Source of the DNA: Octopus vulgaris
Taxonomy: Eukaryota
Length of the DNA: 64,000 nt
Direction of reading: 5' to 3'
Assembly: GCA_951406725.2 (NCBI GenBank)
Contig: OX597819.1
Location: 121,830,001-121,894,000 of the forward strand
A model generated the notes under the pieces. The model was not told the DNA's origin. It worked only from the letters and a program-made list of their open reading frames with translations, and did no database searches. Positions 55,448 through 64,000 of the stretch are shown here, piece after piece (position 1 is the stretch's first letter; each line of letters begins with the position of its first letter). The position numbers were made by a program, and so were the translations under genes.

Positions 55448-57079
55448 GGAAAACGTGAAACGTTGCCTACAAAGAAGCGCTCCAGTGAAAAAAACATTTC
55501 TTCACATCTTTCGAATCACCCTAGTCATCTGCCGCCTCGAAAGTTTCGTAGTCGCCGTGCCAGCCAATGTAAATCCATTCTTGTTCTGCATAACAAATAC
55601 GCTAACTCGACTCACTATCCCTTTCCTCGCCACCCCAGGTCCGTCTTCCAAACTCCACTCTACGTCACCTTCTTTTTCTCAACGCAAACTCTTCCGACAT
55701 TCCATTATTTTTCGTCAAGACACGTCTCCAACACAAGCTGTTCCGCTACAACTGGTCATCACCCGCTACTTATTGCTTCTAATCAGACAAGGACAATGCC
55801 GCGTAAATTCATTTGATTCGCGTGGTTGCATTCCTGCATGGTGGTTCATATTTCTTTTCCTTCTAAAAACGTAACGTCGCTTAAAGCTCAACCGGTTTTC
55901 AATTCAATCGATCTTCTATCAATGCATCAACTGCGAAGATCTCCGATAGTTGAACTATTATTTCTGTCACATACTTTTTCGTGTTAAAAGAAATACAATC
56001 TACGTCAGTGTTTGTGTAATTACAACTTGTTCTTTGTAGAAACCCTGGTTTTTAGATACGCCTTAGGTTAACAAAAGGTTAAATGATTATGTTACACTTT
56101 GGGCACTCACGATAGAATTATTTCAGCTGTATTGATTACCTTGAAGCTTTTGGCCATTTTGTATGTAGGCTATTTTGATTTCGTGAGATTTTTTTATCTC
56201 TTCTTTTTTATTGTGAATTCGATAAGTAGGGGATTATTTTTTAAAATAAACCAATTGTAAGGGAAACGTAATCACAACAACCCGAGTGAAATGGGAAAAT
56301 CAGTGAGTCACACTTTTTCAACTGTACTCCTAGAGGCCGTAGACAACATATCTTGCCATCTTGGAATCAGGCTGACTCCGTGAGTAAATTAAAAAACATT
56401 CGGGCTGAATCCGAACCCACAATCCTGAAATTTTGGATTCCCAAGTTTTCATTACTGCCATTGTTTTCGGCGAATTTTTTACGTGACGTTTTGCGACAAA
56501 TTTTTTTCTAGGATAAATTTTTTTATAATCTAAAGGCTAACTCCGTGAGTCAATTAAAAACATCCCGGGTCAAATCCGGACCTGCAATCCTGAAATTTAG
56601 GATTCCTATATTTTAGGATTCCTGCGATTGTTTTCGGTGATTTTTTAATTGATATTTTGCGACGAATCATTAGGATAAGATCCTGAAGGATGCAATCGTA
56701 ACAAATTCTCAAAAACAAGTCAGAGATCTGTTTGCAGATCTTCCCATTCAGGGTCAGTAGCTTAAAAGCTATATACTAACTCAAAAGCCGCTCTATCGGG
56801 AGGCTTTTGAGGTATTATATATATATGTATATGTATACACACACTCACACACACACAAACATATATATATATATATATATATATATTCTCTTTATTTTCT
56901 CTCCTTGTTTCTTTCTCTGGAAGAGCGTAGGCTCGAAACGTTAAAGACATCTTCACTTCCCGAGCGTTAATCTAATACATTTGTTTGTTGTCTACACCAC
57001 CTGTCTTCGTCTTTTATCATTTTTGTTGTGAATTCTCCCACTGTATGTATCTATGTATATATATATATATATATATATA

Positions 57080-57232
57080 TACGGGCTTCTTTCAGTTTCC
57101 GTCTACCAAATCCACTCACAAGACTTTGGTCGGGCCGAGGCTATAGTAGAAGACACTAGCCCCAGGTACCACACAGTGGGACTGAAACTTGACCCGTGTG
57201 GTTGGGAAGCAATCTCCTTACCACACAGCCAT

Positions 57233-57279
<47 letters not shown>

Positions 57280-58808
57280 CTACACACACACACACACACG
57301 CGCGCACATGAGTATGTATTAAACTATGAAAAGGAAACGTACACCCCCACTAGTGATGTACAAATATCTCAATGTAAACAAACTTACGTACATAATGTGT
57401 TTGCGTTTAAATTCGTTAAGTACCGGTGGGAGATCTACATTGCGCATCGTCATTGGAATTTGCCTTCTGAAAGCTGTTGCACATACCTAACAGGTAAAGT
57501 GATAAACAAAGCGTCAAGCAAATAACTATACACACATACATCCATACATACATGTTAGAAACCGGCTCTTTCTCTATTTGCAAGAAATCTTGTATTAGAA
57601 CAATGTATAATGACATACATGCATATTTGTTTTTTTGTTTGTTTTTCCAGTTTCAGCTCTTGAGCTGTGGCCATGCTGGGGCACCGCCATTGTAGTGAAA
57701 GAGTACAGCAGGGATCACCACCCCCTGCCGGAGCCTCGTAGAGCTTTTAGGTGTTTTCGCTCAATAAACACACACAACGCCCAGTCTGAGAATCGAAACC
57801 GCGATCCTGCGACCGCGAGTCCGCTGCCCTAACCACTAGGCCATTGCGCCTCTATGGCCATACATTTTTTACATACATATACATATATATATATATATAT
57901 ACATACATACGTACTTATATATATATGCAATGTATTTATATATATGTATATAATAAACATATACATACATATATATAAAAAATATACATATTTTTTTAAA
58001 ATTATTTTTTTTTACTTGTTTCAGTCATTTGACTGCGGCCATGCTGGAGCACCGCCTTTAATCGAGCAACTCGACCCCGCGACTTATTCTTTGTAAGCCC
58101 AGTACTTATTCTATCGGTCTCTTTTTGCCGAACCGCTAGGTGACGGGGGACATAAACACGCCAGCATCGGTTGTCAAGCAATGCTAGAGGGACAAACACA
58201 GACACACAAACACACACACATACACACACACACACACACATACACATATATATATATACATATACACGACAGGCTTCTTTCAGTTTCCGTCTACCAAATC
58301 CACTCACAAGGCATTGGTCGGCCCGAGGCAATAGTAGAAGACATTTGCCCAAGGTGTCACGCAGTGGGACTGAACCCGGAACCATGTTAGCAAGCTACTT
58401 ACCACACAGCCACTCCTGCGCCTATTATATATATAATACACACACATACATTTTTTACATACATATACATATATATATATATATACATACATACGTACTT
58501 ATATATATGCAATATATTTATATATATGTATATAATAAACATATACATACATATATATATATATATATATAATATACATATATACTTATTTTTTTATTCT
58601 TTTATTTGTTTCAGTCATTTAACTGCGGCCATGCTGGTGTACCGCCTTTAGTCGAGCAAATCAACCCCAGGACTTATTCTTAGTAAGCCTAGTACTTATT
58701 CTATCGGTATATCTTGCCGAAACGTTAAGTGACGGGGACGTAAACACACCAGCATCGGTTGTCAAGCGATGTTGGTGGGAACAAACACAGACACCCAGAC
58801 ACACATTC

Positions 58809-58846
<38 letters not shown>

Positions 58847-59605
58847 AAATATATATATATATACGACGGGCTTCTTTCAGTTTCTGTCTACCAAATCCAC
58901 TCACAAGGCTTTGGTCGGCCTGAGGCTATAGTAGAAGACACTTGCCCAAGGTACCACGCAGTGAGACTGAACTCAGAACCATGTGGTTGGTAAGCAAGCT
59001 ACTTACCACACAGCCATTCCTGCGCCTATGTATATAATATACACATGTACATACATATATACATACATATCTATATGTAGCATATTTGCTCAAAATAAAA
59101 AAGCAATTACACATAGATAAGCGCCAACATAATGCCACTACCTACGCTCCATAATATCATGGAAGTAAACAGTAAACACAAACAAAAGAAAATAAAGAAA
59201 TCTATGAAAAGCTAGGAATCATGAAATAAGTCAAACGACATCTGCTCATATTTAAACAGAATCTTTTGTGACGTCTTTCCTTAAATGGTGTACACAGCTA
59301 AGCAAAATTTTAGCTTCGCTAACCAATAATCCGCTAACAAAATGATTAGCGGAAGCTAATGCTGATAATTACTCTTTTACTCTTTTACTCTTTTACTTGT
59401 TTCAGTCATTTGACTGCGGCCATGCTGGAGCACCGCCTTTAGTCGGGCAAATCGACCCCGTGACTTATTCTTTTTGTAAGCCCAGTACTTATTCTATCGG
59501 TCTCTTTTGCCGAACCGCTAAGTGACGGTGACGTAAACACACCAGCATCGGTTGTCAAGCAATGCTAGGGGGACAAACACAGACACACAAACATATACAC
59601 ACACA

Positions 59606-59645
<40 letters not shown>

Positions 59646-60250
59646 TACGACAGGCTTCTTTCAGTTTCCGTCTACCAAATCCACTCACAAGGCATTGGTC
59701 GGCCCGGGGCTATAGCAGAAGACACTTGCCCAAGGTGCCACGCAGTGGGACTGAACCCGGAACTATGTAGTTGCTAAACAAGCTACTTACCACACAGCCA
59801 CTCCTATAATTGCTAACTTTTATCATATTAATTTAGTTTCTGTTTGTTCTTTTGGCTCTAAAACACCCCAAAACAGACCTAGGGAGATGAAATTTTCATA
59901 TTGTAGCTTAGATAAAGAGCTTTCCAAAAAGGTGTAGCATGCTAAGCCAGGTGATTTTCAAGGTGTACGGCAATTAATTACATGAACAAATGAAATTAAA
60001 ATTTAGGTTTTCAGTCAACATACACTTTATTTACTGTACAAAAAGTATCAAAAGTATTAAACGAATGAAAAAGGTATAATAAAGCAAAAGGGATTAGTAT
60101 TTTGCAATAAAGAATGACTCTTAACTAATACTCTGCCTGTAGGTTGTGTCGTCTCTGAATTGATAGAGAAGAAAGAATTTGAAGCTTGGTCGTTTGTTAT
60201 TGGCGAAAATGCCGATGTGTTCGCTGAATGTGTTCTCCCGCATTACTTAA

Positions 60251-60301
<51 letters not shown>

Positions 60302-61638
60302 TCTAGTTGTGTGAGTGTCTGTCCCCTTCGATTTAGATTCCTAACTCCTCCCACATTTTGCGGTGCAGTTTAACCAAATTCGGGTATCTTATAGTCGTGA
60401 TTCATATCGAGCCCGTCTGACTATTAGCGCGCGTCAACGATGAGTCTACGATTTTAAAAATAATTTAACATCATTTTTTATTCCATTTTAATGCATAAAA
60501 TGCATCGTGTGTCGATGGCGGCGGAGTTGGCGTCCACGCTCACAGCTGCACCTGTTTGCTTCTCCCCCTTCCCTCCCTCGTGAAGCTGTGGGGAAGGGAG
60601 TGTAAAGAAATCAACGTCGTAAGGCGTTGTGAAGGAAACCAGCGTTCTTTTAGAACAACGACTTCATGGCTTGAAGACACCAAAACAAAAGTGGCTAAGA
60701 AAGCCCGAATTTATAAGGGAAGTAACTCTCTAAAAATGCTTATATAGTTATTTCCCTTACAAACCCGAGCAACGCCGGGCGATACTGCTAGTATATATAT
60801 ATATGATTATAAAAGATTTGTGTAACCTAGGCAAGTTACATAAAACTGTGAACCCTGTAGAAAAATAGATTCGTTACATTCTTGAAGAAAGATTTTAAAA
60901 TGCCGACTAATACTTTCAATGAATATTGATTTCGAATTTTGGCACAAGGATAGCAGTTTGGGGGGAAGGATAAATCAATTACCCGAAGAATAAAAAAAAA
61001 AAACAAGTTAACATTGGCGGGATTTGAACTTAGAACAGGAAGATGGATGAAATATAGTTTAGCATTTTACCAGGCGTGTTACCGTTTCCGCCAGCCCGGC
61101 GCCGTAATTATTGCTTAATGCTATTTCCAGAAAACTACAAATTTCCATGACAGAAAGCTGGAGATTTTAATGTGATGCTGTATCAATTGTTTTCATCGAG
61201 TTCTTTTATTCCCAGCAAACTTTCCACAATGCGAGTGAATGTATTACTCTTCTACTCTTTTTACTTATTTCAGTCACTTGACTGCGGCGATGCTGGAGCA
61301 CAACTTTTAGTCGAACAAATCGACCATAGGACTTATTCATTGCAAGCCGAGTACTTATTTCATCGGTCACATTTGTCTAACCGCTAAGTTACGGGGACGT
61401 AAACACACCAACATCGGTGGCCAGGCAATGGTTAGGGGACAGATACAGACACAAACACACACATTTATAAATATATATATATATGGCTGTGTGGTAAGTA
61501 GCTTCTTTACCAACCACATGATTCCGAGTTCAGTCCCACTGCGTGGCACCTTGGGCAAGTGTCTTCTGCTATAGCCCCGGACCGACCAAAGCCTTGTGAG
61601 TGGATTTGGTAGATGGAAACTGAAAGAAGCCTGTCGTA

Positions 61639-61699
<61 letters not shown>

Positions 61700-62647
61700 A
61701 TGTGTTTGTGTGTCTGTGTTTGTCCCCCTAGCATTGCTTGACAACCGATGCTGGTGTGTTTACGTCTCCGTCACTTTGCGGTTCGGTAAAAGAGACCGAT
61801 AGAATAAGTACTGAGCTTACAAAGAATAAGTCCCGGGGTCGATCTGCTCGACTAAAGGCGTTGCTCCAGCATGGCCGCAGTCAAATGAATGAAACAAGTA
61901 AAAGAGAGAAAGAGAGAATATATATATATGTCTTGCTTCTTTCAGTTTCCGTCTACTAAATCCACTCACAAGTCTTTGGTCGGCTCGTGGCTATAGTAGA
62001 AGACACTTGCTCGAGATGCTACGCAGTGGGACTGAACCCAGAACCATGTGTGTGGGAAGCAAGCTTCTTATCACACAGACACTCCTACGCCTATGATTCA
62101 CTTTTCCTACACACCAAAGACGTACATTATCTAAACAAACGACAAGTAGATATACAGCTTCGACAAACCGCAAGTAAAGAAATACGCTTTTGTCATTCTT
62201 GTGAGTCACGGCAGCAACTAAGTTTGTCTCGAGCAAATATATACTCTTTTACTCTTTTACTTGTTTCAGTCATTTCGACTGCGGCCATGCTGGAGCATCG
62301 CCTTTAGTCGAGCAACTCGACCCCGCGACTTATTCTTTGTAAGCCCAGTACTTATTCTATCGGTCTCTTTTGCCGAACCGCTGGGTGACGGGGACGTAAA
62401 CACACCAGCATCGGTTGTCAAGCAATGCTAGGGAGACAAACACAGACACACAAACACATACATACACATACATATATATACATATATACGACAGGCTTCT
62501 TTCAGTTTCCGTCTACCGAATCCACTCACAAGGCATTGGTCGGCTCGGGGCTATAGCAGAAGACACTTGCCCAAGATGCCACGCGGTGGGACTGAACCCG
62601 GAACCATGTGGTTGGTTAGCAAGCTACTTACCACACAGCCACTCCTG
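57080..62647. mobile_element. Cluster of same-family tRNA-derived SINEs (~57080-57230, 58010-58423, 58600-59027, 59371-59805, 61255-61460, 61485-61900 on +, 61935-62092, 62245-62647)
   Basis: Shared head GGCTGTGTGGTAAG...G.GTTCAGTCCC...CCTTGGGCAAG and shared tail. The copy at 59371-59805 is flanked by a possible ATAATT target duplication. Confidence 0.85.
60290..60791 (+). mobile_element. Non-autonomous Helitron-like element in (TA)n
   Basis: 3' GC hairpin CCCGAGCAACGCCGGG (60764-60779) followed by CTAG|T at 60788-60792. Confidence 0.7.
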
Positions 62648-62839
62648 CATATCAAAATAGAAAAGTATTTAAAAAATGTTTGGTGTTTATTAATTCTCCA
62701 TTACAAGCGTGTCATTACAAGATAGCTGTTACAAATTTATAGATGTAGGAAAAAATATGTACTGAATCTGCTAAACGTAACTCTTCAGAGATTTAACTCT
62801 GAAAACTACGGCTAATAGTAATAATTGGATTGGGTAAAA

Positions 62840-63157
62840 AGTAAAACCCCACTTCTGTCATGAATGACCATGGGATTGTATCTAGGAAGTTCCTCTCCGG
62901 CCACAATCCCGGGAAAGGTTGTTTATGGAAGACCAGCAGTCGCCGATGCATACCATCCTCTTCTCATTACGGCTCAGATGTTATCCAAGGGAAAGGCAAA
63001 GGCCGATACAGCTTGGCACCAGTGACGTCGCAACTCATTTCTACAGCTGAGTTAACTGGAGCAGCTGGAATAAAGTGTCTTGCCCAAGAATACAACACAG
63101 GAATCGAACTCACAACCTTTCAATTGTAATCCCAGCACTCTAATCGCTGAGCCAACT
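62840..63157 (-). mobile_element. tRNA-derived SINE, third family
   Basis: Minus-strand B box GAGTTCGATTCC and TCTTGGGCAAG segment. Related to the SINE at 12760-13006. Confidence 0.55.
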
Positions 63158-63158
63158 C

Positions 63159-63245
<87 letters not shown>

Positions 63246-63377
63246 ATGTTTGTCTGTGTTTGTTCCCCACCAAATATTGATATCCGATGTTGGTGTGTTT
63301 ACCCCCCGTAACTTAGCGGTTCGGCAGAATAAACCAATAGAATAAGAATATATATATATATATATATAAATATATAT

Positions 63378-64000
63378 GTAGAAGGCTGAAAAGGAACACA
63401 TGAGTTGATATGTATAAGGAAGATAAGTCAAGGTAGAAAATTTTAAAATAATTTTATCAGGAAGAATATTTTACTACCGGTTTCAGTAAGGGACGAAAAA
63501 CAATTAAATTGTGGAAAAATTAAATGAAATGTTTTTTTTTATAAATATATTTCCATAGGGTCATTTTCCTTTTCTCAGCCTGTCTCTGTCTCCCTTTTTT
63601 ACTCTTGTTGGTTCTAAGGTAGTTTGATATGAATTCTTGTCTTTGATTGTTTAAGCTGCAGTAGTCGTAGAGAAAGGATGCGACGGAGAAGAAGAAGAAG
63701 AAGAAGAAGAAGAAGAAGAAGAAGAAGAAGAAGAAGAAGAAGAAGAAGAAGAAGAAGAAGAAGAAGAAGAAGAAGAAGAAGAAGAAGAAGAAGAAGAAGA
63801 AGCGGGAATGGTATGATAGTTGCAGGATGTTGATGGAATCCACTTAAATAGTCAAGTGACCTAAAAGTGACTCGTTGTGGATGAAAGTAGTGATTGAAAT
63901 TGGTCTGAATAAATTCTTGAGGTGACTGTTTTGAATATATCGTTTTTAATATTTGCGTGAGTGTTATTGTAAGGTCCTGGTCACATTGTCATATGTTGTG
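63378..64000 (-). mobile_element. 3' region (pLTR) of a PLE related to family A, including the (GAA)n tract at 63687-63801
   Basis: The reverse complement shares ordered blocks CAAGAATTCA, AAGGGAGACA, AAAAAACATTTC, GAAACCGGTA and ATCAACTC.TGTGTTCC with 3846-4119. Confidence 0.7.

Overview
Repeat-rich animal genomic DNA. The SINE families and extreme (TA)n/(TAA)n/(CA)n density suggest an octopod cephalopod; this is an inference. About 650-52878 is a head-to-tail array of three 15-19 kb units. Each unit carries one intact minus-strand gene for a predicted 152-aa secreted protein: a signal peptide plus two six-Cys peritrophin-A/CBM14 chitin-binding domains. Each gene has a TATA box, a 277-nt coding exon 1, a 180-nt exon 2 that the ORF track missed, and probably a stop codon split across the last splice junction. 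The rest is nested retroelements: two Neptune-type and one Naiad-type Penelope-like element (PLE), a CR1/L2-group LINE, R4/Dong-like LINE pieces and many tRNA-derived SINEs, plus pogo and Helitron remnants. Five distinct repeat families carry type I hammerhead ribozyme motifs. These include a canonical one ~1.9 kb downstream of the poly(A) signal in gene copies 1 and 2, U3-A8 compensatory variants, and a tRNA-headed SINE ending in a hammerhead. All calls were read by eye; no searches were run.
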